DNA of 64,000 bases. It comes from a bacterium. GTDB taxonomy: Bacteria > Planctomycetota > Planctomycetia > Kolteriales > Kolteriaceae. Positions 1 through 10,000 of this stretch are shown piece by piece. Under the pieces are notes generated by a model that made no database searches, was not told the DNA's origin, and was given only the letters and a program-made list of their open reading frames with translations. Location: the NCBI GenBank assembly GCA_019748235.1, contig JAIEPU010000111.1:1565-65564 (forward strand). Direction: 5' to 3'. Each line of letters opens with the position of its first letter. Positions within the stretch are counted from its first letter, which is position 1. A program made the position numbers and the translations under genes.

Positions 1-1494
1 TTCGGCGGCCCGACGGCCACTAAGGACGGCGTCAGCGTCAGCAAGGAAATCGAACTTCCCGATCCGTTCGAAAACATCGGCGCGAAGCTCGTCAATCAAG
101 TCGCCAGCAAAACTAGCGACGTGGCGGGTGACGGCACCACGACCGCAACCGTCCTTGCACGGGCGATCTTCGAGGAAGGTCTTCGGCATTTGACCGTCGG
201 TGCGAACCCGATGCTCATTCGCCGTGGCATCGAGAAGGCGGTGGATGCCGCCGTCGCTCATCTCGAATCGATCTCCACGCCGGTCAAGAGCAAGGCTCAA
301 CTCGCTCAGGTCGGTGCGATCAGCGCCAACAACGATCCCACGATCGGCAACCAGCTTGCCGAAGCGATGGAAAAGGTCGGCAAGGACGGCGTAATCACGA
401 TCGAGGAAGGTAAGACCGCCCAGGACGAATTCAGCGTCGTCGAAGGGATGCAGTTCGACAAGGGTTACTTGTCGCCTTACTTCATCACCGATGCCGGCAG
501 CATGGCCGCCGTTCTGGAAGACGCGCTGATTCTCATTCACGAGAAGAAGATCAGCAATCTTCGAGATTTGATTCCGGTCCTCGAGAAAGCCGTTCAATCC
601 GGCAAGCCCCTTCTCATCATCTCGGAAGATGTCGAAGGTGAGGCCCTCGCAGCTCTCGTCGTGAACAAGCTTCGCGGCGTGATCAAGGTAGCGGCGGTCA
701 AGGCTCCCGGTTTCGGCGATCGTCGCAAGGCGATGCTTGGCGACATCGCTACCCTCACCGGCGGCACGCTCATCAGCGAAGATCTCGGCATTCAGCTCGA
801 GAACGTCACGGTCGAGATGCTGGGTCAGGCTCGCCGCATCGAGGTCGACAAGGAATCGACGACGATCATCGAGGGGGGCGGCAAGAAGGCCGATATCGAG
901 AAGCGGGTCGAGCAGATTCGCCGTCAGCTTGATGAAACCAAGAGCGAGTACGATCGCGAAAAATTCGCCGAGCGGCTGGCAAAGCTGACCGGCGGCGTCG
1001 CGGTCATCAAGATCGGTGGCGCGACCGAAGCAGCCATGAAGAACCGCAAGGATCTTTATGAAGATGCTCTCCATGCGACCCGAGCCGCCAGCGCTGAGGG
1101 AATCGTTCCCGGTGGTGGCGTCGCCCTGCTCCGCTGCATCGAAGCAGTTGAGGAAGGGACGAGCAAGCTCAAGGGTGACGAGAAGGTCGGCGCTCAGATC
1201 ATCGCTCAGGCTCTCGAAGCTCCGATTCGCCAGATCGTCTCGAACGGCGGTGGCGACGGTGCGGTGGTGGCCGATGAGGTCAAGAATCGCGGCAAGAACC
1301 ACGGCTACGATGCCAACAAGAACCAGTACGTCGACATGATCGAGGCGGGCATCATCGATCCCACCAAAGTCGTCCGATCGGCACTGCAAAATGCGGCTAG
1401 CATCGCGGCACTCATGCTGACGACTGAGGCCCTCGTCACCAAGCTTGATGACGATGATGAACAGGCCAAATCGGTCCAAGGCTCGGTTCGATAA
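1..1494 (+). CDS. groEL: 60-kDa chaperonin GroEL (5' end outside the window)
   Basis: Frame 1 is open from base 1 ([25 protein letters not shown]...[14 protein letters not shown]...). It shows full-length GroEL-like sequence ([19 protein letters not shown]). The C-terminus is the acidic tail [15 protein letters not shown] rather than a GGM repeat. Confidence 0.95.
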   Translation, partial: FGGPTATKDGVSVSKEIELPDPFENIGAKLVNQVASKTSDVAGDGTTTATVLARAIFEEGLRHLTVGANPMLIRRGIEKAVDAAVAHLESISTPVKSKAQLAQVGAISANNDPTIGNQLAEAMEKVGKDGVITIEEGKTAQDEFSVVEGMQFDKGYLSPYFITDAGSMAAVLEDALILIHEKKISNLRDLIPVLEKAVQSGKPLLIISEDVEGEALAALVVNKLRGVIKVAAVKAPGFGDRRKAMLGDIATLTGGTLISEDLGIQLENVTVEMLGQARRIEVDKESTTIIEGGGKKADIEKRVEQIRRQLDETKSEYDREKFAERLAKLTGGVAVIKIGGATEAAMKNRKDLYEDALHATRAASAEGIVPGGGVALLRCIEAVEEGTSKLKGDEKVGAQIIAQALEAPIRQIVSNGGGDGAVVADEVKNRGKNHGYDANKNQYVDMIEAGIIDPTKVVRSALQNAASIAALMLTTEALVTKLDDDDEQAKSVQGSVR

Positions 1495-1509
1495 TTAAGA
1501 AACGCATTG

Positions 1510-1527
1510 AGCGTGCGTAAGCACGCT
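1510..1527 (+). terminator. Hairpin just after the groEL stop (AGCGTGC-GTAA-GCACGCT)
   Basis: Perfect 7-bp stem with a GTAA loop, 16 nt after the stop codon. There is no clear T-tract, so this is only a weak terminator candidate. Confidence 0.3.
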
Positions 1528-1696
1528 TGATGTGCTCACGAACAACATTGAAGACAGTTGCCGCGATTGGTGGATGGCACCCGACATTTGGGCCCCGCTG
1601 GTCGCGGTATTGTCACAAAAAGGAGCCCGCTCGTTACCGCTTGATCCAACGAGCTCCATGAAACCTCCTTCATCACTTTTGTGAACGCAGGACGCT

Positions 1697-2836
1697 ATGC
1701 CGCAAAAACGGGACTATTACGAAGTTCTCAGCGTCACTCGCACGTCCACCGTCGAGGAGATCAAAGCCTCGTATCGCAAGCTTGCGCTCAAGTATCACCC
1801 CGACCGCAACCCAAACAATCCGGAAGCCGAGGAGAAGTTCAAGGAGGCGGCAGAGGCTTTTGAGGTCCTCGGGGATGAGCAAAAGCGAGCCCGCTACGAT
1901 CGGTACGGTCATCAAGGGCTGGAAGGGACCGGCTTCCACGAATTCACGAACATCAACGACATCTTTGATGCGTTCGGTGATCTCTTCGGTTTTGGTTCGG
2001 TCTTCGGTGGAGGCGGGCGGCGCTCGCGGGGTCCTGCAAAAGGGGCCGACATCGAGACCGACATCAAGCTGACGCTCGATGAAGCGGCTCGCGGCGTCAA
2101 ACGAACAATCAGCGTCAAGCGACACGTCAGTTGTAAGACGTGCAGCGGCACAGGATGCAAGCCGGGTACTTCGCCGAGCGCTTGCAGCATGTGCGGCGGA
2201 CGAGGTCAAGTCGTCCGCGCTCAAGGCCCTTTTCGCATCGCGACGACCTGTCCCACATGTCAAGGACGTGGCAAGACTATTACCGATCCTTGCACCGATT
2301 GCCGGGGCCGTGGACGCGTCGTCGAGACGGCAGAGGTTGATGTCGAGATTCCGCCAGGAGTCGATCACGGCATGCATCTTCGCGTCCGCGAACAGGGAGA
2401 AGCAGGTGAGCCGGGTGGCCCTGCGGGAGACCTCTACGTTCTCGTTCAGATCACCAAGCATCCGATCTTCGAACGCGATGGAAGCGATCTGCATTGTCGA
2501 ATTCCAGTCGCCTACACTCAAGCGGCCCTCGGTGCTGAGATCGACGTGCCCACTTTAAACGGACCGGAAAAGTTCACCCTTACGAAGGGAACACAGCCGG
2601 GCGAAGTCTTTCGTCTTCGTGGCAAAGGAATGCCCGATCCGCGAGGCGGCTCGCGCGGCGATCTCCATTTGCACGTGACGATCGATGTGCCAAAGAAGCT
2701 CAACAAGCGGCAAGAGGAATTGCTCAGAGAACTCGCTGAGCTCGATCACAAACATGTGTCCCCGGAACGAAAGTCCTGGTTAGACACCGTCAGCGAATAT
2801 CTCTTCGGACACGACGAAGCCAAGGAAACGAAGTGA
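1697..2836 (+). CDS. dnaJ: Molecular chaperone DnaJ (type I Hsp40)
   Basis: J-domain with KYHPDRNP (HPD motif), a G/F-rich linker, and four CxxCxGxG zinc-finger motifs ([32 protein letters not shown]). Confidence 0.95.
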   Translation: MPQKRDYYEVLSVTRTSTVEEIKASYRKLALKYHPDRNPNNPEAEEKFKEAAEAFEVLGDEQKRARYDRYGHQGLEGTGFHEFTNINDIFDAFGDLFGFGSVFGGGGRRSRGPAKGADIETDIKLTLDEAARGVKRTISVKRHVSCKTCSGTGCKPGTSPSACSMCGGRGQVVRAQGPFRIATTCPTCQGRGKTITDPCTDCRGRGRVVETAEVDVEIPPGVDHGMHLRVREQGEAGEPGGPAGDLYVLVQITKHPIFERDGSDLHCRIPVAYTQAALGAEIDVPTLNGPEKFTLTKGTQPGEVFRLRGKGMPDPRGGSRGDLHLHVTIDVPKKLNKRQEELLRELAELDHKHVSPERKSWLDTVSEYLFGHDEAKETK

Positions 2837-2923
2837 GAAGCGGAAAGGAAATCCGCGTTCGCCATCTTTGTTGGATGAATGGAACATAGAATTCATCGAC
2901 GAGTCATGAACGAGGAACAACCC

Positions 2924-3484
2924 ATGACAGAAGCCACCAACGACCCGATGAACCACGCAGGGGATGATGAATCCCGTCCGATAGGGGGCGAGGAGATCGG
3001 CGTCGTGGGAGATGTCGGCTCCATCGATCAGACGAAAGCAATCGAAGCCGAACGTGACAAGTATCTCGAATTGGCGCGACGGACACAAGCCGAGTTCGAG
3101 AACTATCAAAAGCGCGTTCGCCGAGATTTGGAATCAGAGCGTCGCTACGCGGCTCAGCCGGTGATTACGGACCTTTTGCCGGCCCTCGACAACTTGGAGC
3201 GTGCCCTTCAATCCGCCGCGAATGATGCCGGTGCGGCGAAGCTCGTCGAGGGAATTAAGCTCGTCCATAAGCAATGGCTGGAGACACTCGCCAAGCACGG
3301 CGTTACTCCCATCGACGCCGTCGGACAACCGTTCGATCCGAACATGCACGAAGCAATCATGCAACAGCCGGCGGCAAATGTACCGCCGATGACCGTTCTT
3401 CAGACGGTGCGCACCGGCTATCAGTTACACGAACGAATATTGCGACCGGCGCAGGTCATCGTTTCCGCGGCCGCGTCATCATAA
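2924..3484 (+). CDS. grpE: Nucleotide exchange factor GrpE
   Basis: GrpE-like coiled-coil region (YLELARRTQAEFENYQKRVRRD) and C-terminal beta domain (FDPNMHEA...GY.L..R.LRPA.V). The ORF opens at 2879. I prefer the ATG at 2924 because GAGGAA lies 6 nt upstream. Confidence 0.88.
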   Translation: MTEATNDPMNHAGDDESRPIGGEEIGVVGDVGSIDQTKAIEAERDKYLELARRTQAEFENYQKRVRRDLESERRYAAQPVITDLLPALDNLERALQSAANDAGAAKLVEGIKLVHKQWLETLAKHGVTPIDAVGQPFDPNMHEAIMQQPAANVPPMTVLQTVRTGYQLHERILRPAQVIVSAAASS

Positions 3485-3572
3485 CGTCGCTCGTTCCATC
3501 GCGTTTGGTAGTTCTTGAAGTCGATCGTGTGAATTGAAACTTGGTTTGAATGGGTGTGGGAGTAGCGAAGTC

Positions 3573-3929
3573 ATGCCGACCTACGAGTATGAGTGCACGG
3601 CTTGTGGGCACAAATTCGAGGAATGGCAATCCATCACCGCCGATCCCATCACGAAATGTCCCGAGTGCAAAAAGAAGAAAGTGAAGCGACTCTTGGGGAC
3701 GGGGGGCGCGATCATCTTCAAGGGATCGGGTTACTACCAAACCGACTATCGTAGCGAATCATACAAAAAGGCCGAGAAGGCTGATTCTGCTTCGAGTTCG
3801 AGCGACTCCAAGTCGAGTGAGTCGAAGTCGTCAACGAGTGCCGATGGTGCTGGTTCAGCGTCGAGCAGCCCTGCTCCTGCCGAGAAGAAGACGGAATCAA
3901 AACTAAAGAAGAATGACTCAAAGAAGTGA
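3573..3929 (+). CDS. FmdB-family zinc-ribbon protein with a Ser/Lys-rich tail
   Basis: MPTYEYECTACGHKFE...CPECKKKKVKRL matches the MPxYEYxCxxCGxxFE / CPxC signature of the FmdB family. The tail is low-complexity (SASSSSDSKSSESKSSTS). The start is set at the ATG at 3573, not the upstream ORF opening at 3534. Confidence 0.75.
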   Translation: MPTYEYECTACGHKFEEWQSITADPITKCPECKKKKVKRLLGTGGAIIFKGSGYYQTDYRSESYKKAEKADSASSSSDSKSSESKSSTSADGAGSASSSPAPAEKKTESKLKKNDSKK

Positions 3930-3959
3930 GATCATCGATCGAGACAACGAATGCGACAT

Positions 3960-4367
3960 CTACGCATGACTTGAGGTGCGCATGGTGATGGGAATAGCGC
4001 CTGGGAAATATCGAAGTACCGGTTCGCCTCTCGCCTTGCCGTACCAATCCAATCGAATGACATCGAGTCGAACGTCCTTTACGTTGACATCGGGATGATC
4101 ATCAATCCATTTCTCCGCCGCCTGATGCAATGATTCGTGGTCGATTTCCTCGTCATCTTCATGCCGGCCACCGACTCCCGCCGGGCCGCGCGTCCGAACC
4201 AAAACCAGCATCAATACGCTTCCATCTTGCCCAATAAAGTCCACCTCAATTCCAGCGAACCGATAGCCCTTGGTGATGATCCGAAAACCTTGGCGTTCCA
4301 AATATCTTCTAGCGCGAATCAGATGATCGGTGATGGGTTCAAACAACGCGCGAAACAATGATACCAT
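3960..4367 (-). CDS. YraN/UPF0102-like small protein (PD-(D/E)xK nuclease-fold candidate)
   Basis: The pattern ARRYLERQGFRIITKGYRFAGIEVDFIGQDGSVLMLVLVRTR...VRLDVIRLDW parallels the YraN layout (A..yL...Gy.il.rn.r...gEiDli....vfVEV..R...RfDvv). It is divergent, so the call is tentative. Start is taken at MVSLF (ATG at 4367). Confidence 0.4.
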   Translation of the reverse strand: MVSLFRALFEPITDHLIRARRYLERQGFRIITKGYRFAGIEVDFIGQDGSVLMLVLVRTRGPAGVGGRHEDDEEIDHESLHQAAEKWIDDHPDVNVKDVRLDVIRLDWYGKARGEPVLRYFPGAIPITMRTSSHA

Positions 4368-4485
4368 GATGCCCCCAGACCGAAGCGAAGGCGCGCAATC
4401 GCCCCCTTTAAGCAACTATGCCTCACAAATCACGAGATGGCTGATGTGAGTGAATGACGATTCTGAGAAGAGTGGGTCCGCCATT

Positions 4486-7400
4486 TCATTGAGAGGCAAC
4501 CTCATTCGGAACGAGAGATTTCGGCTCGAACCAGTGATAGATGGTGGGAAGAACGATCAGAGTCAAAAGAGTCGATGTCACAAGTCCGCCGATGACGACG
4601 GTGGCGAGTGGACGCTGTACCTCCGCACCCGAACCGGTGGAGATCGCCATCGGCACAAATCCAAGGATTGCGACGAGCGCGGTCATGAGAACGGGCCGCA
4701 TCCTAGAGAGTGCACCATGCGAAGCGGCCTCCGTCGCTGATTGGCCGGTACGGCGAAGTTCGACGATGTACGTCACGAGCACCACGCCGTTCAACACGGC
4801 AACGCCAAAGAGCGCGATGAATCCGACGCCGGCGGAAATCGAGAACGGTAAGCCTCGCAGCCATAGAGCGACAATTCCGCCCGTCGCTGCCATTGGCACG
4901 TTGAGAAAGATCAAAACGGCCAACGACGCGGACCCGAACGTCGTGTGCAACAAAAGAAAGATAAGGAGTAGAGCGACAGGAACCGCGATCGCAAGCCGTG
5001 CGCTCGCCTCCTGCAAGTTCTTAAACTGACCACCCCATGTCACCATATATCCAGGTGGAAGGGGCACCTTCGCATCGACAGTCCGCTGTGCCTCGGCCAC
5101 GAAGCTCGCCAGGTCTCGACCACGCACGTTACATTGCACAATAATGCGACGCCGAATCGCTTCACGGCTGATTTGTGCAGGTCCATCAACCTCGACCAAT
5201 TCTGCGAGTTGGTCGAGCGGAATCAGCCGACCTTGCGCATCGGCCACCGTCAGCCGACGAAGCCGATCCACCTCTTGCCGCCAATAGGGAGCCAAGCGGA
5301 CCTGGAGCGGAAATCGTCGTTGCCCTTCGTATACTTGCCCCACGACACGGCCACCAATCACGCTCACCGCATCGAGCACCTGTGTCGCGCTGATTCCTAG
5401 ACGGGAAATCTGATCTCGCTTGATCTTCACCCGAAGGAATGGAAGACCCGCGACTTGCTCTGTCTGAACATCGGCGGCACCGCGAACCGTTTCGATCACG
5501 CGAGCGATTTCATCTGCTTTTGACTTCAGCGTTGCCAAGTCGTCGCCATAAAGACTGATTCCGACATCTGACTTCACACCCGCAACGAGTTCCTGCACGC
5601 GTAGCTCGATCGGCTGCGTGAAACTAAATGAATTACCAGGGATCGCACTCGTCAGCTTTTCCTTCATCGCATCCACAAGTGCCTCGTCACTGTGAAAGCC
5701 TTGCCACTCATCGTGGGGCTTTAGCATGACGAGAATATCCGTCATGTTCGCGGTCATCGGATCGTTGGCGATCTCGGGACGGCCCGTCTTCGATACCACC
5801 GTGCTCACCGGTTGAAACTCACGGAGCAATTTCTCGATTTCCGTAGTGGTCTTGACTGAACTTTCGAGTGAGACGCTTGGCAATCGAATGGATTGAATTG
5901 CGATCGAATCCTCATCAAGCTTGGGAACGAACACTGCCCCTAAGCGAAGAGCCATTCCAATGCTTCCAAGGAATAGAATCAACGAAACGATTGCGACGAT
6001 GCCCGGACTCTTCATCTCCGATCGAAGAACGGGCTCATAAGTTCGATGAGCCCCCCGCACAATCGCGGTTTCTTCCTCCTCCACATGCTTGCGCAGGAAT
6101 AGAGCCGCCAATGCGGGCATGAGTGTTAACGCCAAGACGAGCGATGTGACCAGAGCGAACACCACCGTGTACGCCATCGGACGAAACATCTTTCCTTCAA
6201 TACCACGAAGGCTGAGAATCGGCAGATACACAAGGATGATCGTCGTGACGCCGAACACCACGGGACGAGCAACTTGAAGGCAGGCATCACGGATCACGTC
6301 GACTGACACTTGATTGCCACGCTCTGGCTTACTCATCCCAACCCGACGAATGACGTTCTCGATCATGACGACCGATCCATCCACGATCAGTCCAAAGTCG
6401 ATCGCTCCGAGACTCATCAGATTACCGGAAAGCCCGGACCATAGCATCCCGATGATGCTTCCCAGCATGGAGAGCGGGACCGCCAGCGCAACGATGAGGC
6501 CAGCGCGAAACGTGCCGAGGAGCGCTACCAAGACGACGATGACGAGAACACCACCTTCCGTCAGGTTCTTCACGACGGTCGCGATGGTCTTACGAACGAG
6601 ATCGGTTCTATCATAGAAGGTGTCAATGACGACCCCTTGCGGGAGCGTCTTCTGAATCTGTTCAACTTTCGCTTTGACCCGATCGACGACGGTTCGCGCA
6701 TTCTCGCCGATGAGAAGCATCGCGATACCGGTGACGACTTCGCCTCGACCGTCACGAGTCACCGCCCCCTGCCGAAGGAGCGGTCCATATCGGACGGTTC
6801 CGATATCACGAATATAAATCGGCGTCCCTTGCCTTGCGTCAACGACGATCTGTTCGACGTCTCCGAGCGACTTGATCAATCCTTCGCCGCGGACGATGCG
6901 CTGCTCCGCATCGTGAACGATATACCCTCCCCCTTGATTGAGGTTGTTATCGCGGAGAGCTTGCAAAACGCGATCGATCGAGATGTTGAAGTTAATGATC
7001 TTGTCGGGATCGAGTTGAACCTCATATGTTTTGAGTTCACCGCCAAAGGTGTTGACTTCGATGACGCCGGGGACACTTCGAAGTTGGTAAGCCACTTGCC
7101 AATCGAGAATCTCTCGAAGTTTCATCAGGCTATAGTCGTAACCTGGAAGAGCGCGGACTTCGAACTGGTAGATCTCGCCGAGTCCAGTCGTCAGCGGTCC
7201 AAGTTCCGGCACACCGACCCCGGCGGGGATCGTGTCTCGTGCCACGACAAGACGTTCCCCCACTTGCTGGCGTGCCCAGAAAATGTCGGTCCCTTCCTCG
7301 AAGACGATGGTGATGGCGGAGAGTCCGAACTGAGAAAGTGAGCGAATTTCCTCCACTCTCGGAACGCCGCTCATAGCGGCTTCGATCGGAAACGTGATGA

Positions 7401-7590
7401 ACTGTTCGATTTCTTCCGGGCCAAGGGCCGGCGCTTTGGTAAGAACCTGGACTTGAACGTTGGTGACGTCAGGAACCGCGTCGATCGGAAGTTGAGTGAC
7501 CGCCCAGAGCCCTGCTGCCGCCATCAGCAAGGCGCCCAGAATCACGAGCATCGGATTCTTGATCGAGAATTCAATGAGGCGGTTAACCAA
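4486..7590 (-). CDS. Heavy-metal-efflux type RND inner-membrane transporter (CzcA/CusA family)
   Basis: 1,034 aa. The N-terminus (LPIDAVPDVTNVQVQVLTKAPALGPEEIEQFITFPIE) and the GAIDFGLIVDGSVVMIENV motif are typical of CzcA/CusA-type pumps. It has 12-TM-like hydrophobic blocks. Confidence 0.9.
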   Translation of the reverse strand: MVNRLIEFSIKNPMLVILGALLMAAAGLWAVTQLPIDAVPDVTNVQVQVLTKAPALGPEEIEQFITFPIEAAMSGVPRVEEIRSLSQFGLSAITIVFEEGTDIFWARQQVGERLVVARDTIPAGVGVPELGPLTTGLGEIYQFEVRALPGYDYSLMKLREILDWQVAYQLRSVPGVIEVNTFGGELKTYEVQLDPDKIINFNISIDRVLQALRDNNLNQGGGYIVHDAEQRIVRGEGLIKSLGDVEQIVVDARQGTPIYIRDIGTVRYGPLLRQGAVTRDGRGEVVTGIAMLLIGENARTVVDRVKAKVEQIQKTLPQGVVIDTFYDRTDLVRKTIATVVKNLTEGGVLVIVVLVALLGTFRAGLIVALAVPLSMLGSIIGMLWSGLSGNLMSLGAIDFGLIVDGSVVMIENVIRRVGMSKPERGNQVSVDVIRDACLQVARPVVFGVTTIILVYLPILSLRGIEGKMFRPMAYTVVFALVTSLVLALTLMPALAALFLRKHVEEEETAIVRGAHRTYEPVLRSEMKSPGIVAIVSLILFLGSIGMALRLGAVFVPKLDEDSIAIQSIRLPSVSLESSVKTTTEIEKLLREFQPVSTVVSKTGRPEIANDPMTANMTDILVMLKPHDEWQGFHSDEALVDAMKEKLTSAIPGNSFSFTQPIELRVQELVAGVKSDVGISLYGDDLATLKSKADEIARVIETVRGAADVQTEQVAGLPFLRVKIKRDQISRLGISATQVLDAVSVIGGRVVGQVYEGQRRFPLQVRLAPYWRQEVDRLRRLTVADAQGRLIPLDQLAELVEVDGPAQISREAIRRRIIVQCNVRGRDLASFVAEAQRTVDAKVPLPPGYMVTWGGQFKNLQEASARLAIAVPVALLLIFLLLHTTFGSASLAVLIFLNVPMAATGGIVALWLRGLPFSISAGVGFIALFGVAVLNGVVLVTYIVELRRTGQSATEAASHGALSRMRPVLMTALVAILGFVPMAISTGSGAEVQRPLATVVIGGLVTSTLLTLIVLPTIYHWFEPKSLVPNEVASQ

Positions 7591-7673
7591 GATATCGATT
7601 CCCGTTGATCCGCGAGCGGTAGTTATGGACGCTCGAGTTTAGAATGTTTCTGTTCCAGAAAGTGTCCGGCATT

Positions 7674-9188
7674 TCACTCCTCACTCAGCAGGGATCGAAG
7701 CATTTCTGATTTCAGGGCAAACGCCCCTTCTATCACGACTTGCTCCCCCCCTTTCAATCCGCTGATGATCTGGACTCGATCGGACTGCCGGCGCCCGACT
7801 TCGACCTTTCTGCGCTCGAACGTCGTTGGTCCCGTTTGAGCAAACACGTTCGATTGCCCCGCGTGTTCCACGATGGCGGCATTGGGAACACTGAGCACCT
7901 CCGCCACTTCAGAGGCGGGAATCTCCACTTCGACGAACATTCCCGGCTTCAGAATTCCTTCTTTGTTCTCAGCGATTGCTAAAAGCGGTAACGCTCTCGT
8001 CGCTTCATCGACGACGTTTCCCATCGATGTTACTTTTGCAGAGAATGTCCGGCCCGGATAACTTACTGCACGAAAATTGATTTCTTTTCCGACGAGTCCG
8101 TGAATCAATCCCAGGTCTTTCTCGAACACAGATGCTTTAAGCCAAACCGTCGACAGGTCCGCGATCTTAAAAAGGAAGAACGACGTCTCGACCTGTTCAT
8201 CAAGGACGATGTCCTTCTGCAAAATCGTCCCGTCGAGCGGTGCTTTGATGGGAAAGTACGAAAGCTTTTGACCCTCTTTCAAGGGGTCCATCGATTCAAC
8301 ATCCTGCAACGTGTATCCGAGAACATAAAGCCGTGATTTACTCACCCCGACGGAAGTCTTTGCCTCGGCGACCTGTTGTTCGGCGAGTAGAAGTTGCTGT
8401 TGCGCGTCGAACTTGATTTGCTCCGCCAGCGATTGAAAGACCGCGCCAGAAGCTTCGACTTCCGCCTTGGCGCGAATGAGTTCCTTGTTGGCCACGACTT
8501 GATTTGCTAATTCACTCAGACGAGCGACATCTACCTCGGCCATTCGACGCCGGGTATAGGCACTCATCAGTTGAGATCGATAATCACCCATTGGCCGGTC
8601 GGAAAACTCTTCCACGAGCTTTACCGGATCCGGATCGGCGAGAATGCGCGTGATAAACTCCTGAACGTTTTTGTTGATCGTTCTCTGCCAGTCGAGTTTT
8701 GTCTGCGCGGCCTTCAGCTTCAATTCGTTCTGAACAAGTTCGAGTTTTGCCGTACCGACCGCAGGACTGTCAATCGTTGCGAGTAGCTGCCCGGTCTTGA
8801 CGGTGTCACCGAATGCGACATCCACATTCCGCACCACGCCGGGTGAAATGGGGTGGATATGCGCGACACGATCTTCATTAACGGCCAAGGATCCTGTCAC
8901 CCGTATGACATCGATCCAAGGAGAAGCCAACGCAGGCGCCGTCTTGATGCCGGCACTCGCGACTTGTTCTTTAGTGAGTTGAAAGGTGTTTTGTTCGGCG
9001 GCCGGACCTACTTCGTCAGAGCTTTTGGCTGCTTTCGAAGAGAAGAATTCAATAAGGCGGCCCGGACCGTCAAAGATGATGAACAGGATGACGCCGACAA
9101 TGGCGAGCGATTGAATGATTCGCCAGAATCGATTGCCGGATCTGCCACTCACCGTGCTTGATACTGTCACATGAGTGTCACTCATCAA
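7674..9188 (-). CDS. Efflux RND periplasmic adaptor (membrane fusion protein, HlyD/CzcB-like)
   Basis: It has an N-terminal TM segment, a lipoyl-like hairpin (GDTVKTGQLLATIDSPAVG), a long coiled-coil and a C-terminal beta-barrel. It lies 83 nt upstream of the RND gene on the same strand. Confidence 0.85.
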   Translation of the reverse strand: MMSDTHVTVSSTVSGRSGNRFWRIIQSLAIVGVILFIIFDGPGRLIEFFSSKAAKSSDEVGPAAEQNTFQLTKEQVASAGIKTAPALASPWIDVIRVTGSLAVNEDRVAHIHPISPGVVRNVDVAFGDTVKTGQLLATIDSPAVGTAKLELVQNELKLKAAQTKLDWQRTINKNVQEFITRILADPDPVKLVEEFSDRPMGDYRSQLMSAYTRRRMAEVDVARLSELANQVVANKELIRAKAEVEASGAVFQSLAEQIKFDAQQQLLLAEQQVAEAKTSVGVSKSRLYVLGYTLQDVESMDPLKEGQKLSYFPIKAPLDGTILQKDIVLDEQVETSFFLFKIADLSTVWLKASVFEKDLGLIHGLVGKEINFRAVSYPGRTFSAKVTSMGNVVDEATRALPLLAIAENKEGILKPGMFVEVEIPASEVAEVLSVPNAAIVEHAGQSNVFAQTGPTTFERRKVEVGRRQSDRVQIISGLKGGEQVVIEGAFALKSEMLRSLLSEE

Positions 9189-9349
9189 TCTCGACCTTTA
9201 TGACGGTGTATCGTGCGCGTCTTAACGATGACAACTTCTGAAGATGGCCACAAACTCATGCGCCAGACCACATCAATCACCCCAAGGTTATCTTACTCGA
9301 TAAACATCGGTCTGTTTCCCCGGCAATCGTGGGAATTCACTGAGTGCGA

Positions 9350-9790
9350 CTATCCGTTCAACCACGGCCCTCTTACTGAGAATGAGTCTCGGTAAAGAGT
9401 GATTTGGGGACCCTTCCCACGTCCGACGGGCCATTCGACACTGACCACGTCGAATCGAGCCGGGTATCGACTCCAACGACGTTCGTGTTTGAGAAAATGA
9501 TTCGCCAGCGCGCTTAGCTTCCTCTGCTTTTTGGGTCCGATCGTTTCCCAAGCTTCCCCATGATCGGCATCCGATCGAGTCCGAACTTCCACGAAGACGA
9601 GAGTCCCATGATCAATGGCGACGAGATCGATCTCGCCGATGGGACAACGATAGGAACGATAGAGAATCTTGTAACCAAGGCGCCAGAGATGAATGGCGGC
9701 GGCACGTTCACCCTTGAGGCCTAAAGGGAGCCATGGCCAGGGAAACCAAGGGAAACGTCGAGCGATGAATTGAAGCATGGACGAACTCAT
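9350..9790 (-). CDS. yraN: YraN family protein (UPF0102)
   Basis: GERAAAIHLWRLGYKILYRSYRCPIGEIDLVAIDHGTLVFVEVRTRS...FDVVSVEW matches the YraN signature well. Confidence 0.8.
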   Translation of the reverse strand: MSSSMLQFIARRFPWFPWPWLPLGLKGERAAAIHLWRLGYKILYRSYRCPIGEIDLVAIDHGTLVFVEVRTRSDADHGEAWETIGPKKQRKLSALANHFLKHERRWSRYPARFDVVSVEWPVGRGKGPQITLYRDSFSVRGPWLNG

Positions 9791-9940
9791 AGAGATCGCT
9801 GAATCATACTCAGAGCGATCAATTAGTAGATCGTGCCGTTCGTCGATTAATCAAGACTAAACAAGATATTGGGGATGTCGAAAATGAATTGTTGAATGCC
9901 CCAGTGCTCCGTTGCAGTCAACAGGTCCAGCGCATGCAAA

Positions 9941-9965
9941 CGGGTGAGCCAAACTGACTCACCCG
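9941..9965 (-). terminator. Putative intrinsic terminator after rplS
   Basis: 8-bp stem CGGGTGAG / CTCACCCG with a 9-nt loop. On the minus strand it is followed by TTTGCATG. It lies 36 nt downstream of the rplS stop. Confidence 0.4.
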
Positions 9966-10000
9966 ATTGAAAATTCCATGAGCAAGAGGAGCCGAAAAGA

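Noticed and set aside
1495-1696. Search for a CIRCE (HrcA) operator upstream of dnaJ.
   Set aside because: No match to TTAGCACTC-N9-GAGTGCTAA. Only an unrelated imperfect inverted repeat is present.
1673-2521. 282-aa minus-strand ORF opposite dnaJ.
   Set aside because: It is fully antisense to a textbook DnaJ (HPD motif and four CxxCxGxG motifs). Its translation has no recognisable features.
6637-7341. 234-aa plus-strand ORF inside the RND transporter gene.
   Set aside because: It is antisense to a full-length CzcA/CusA-like ORF. It is a shadow ORF.
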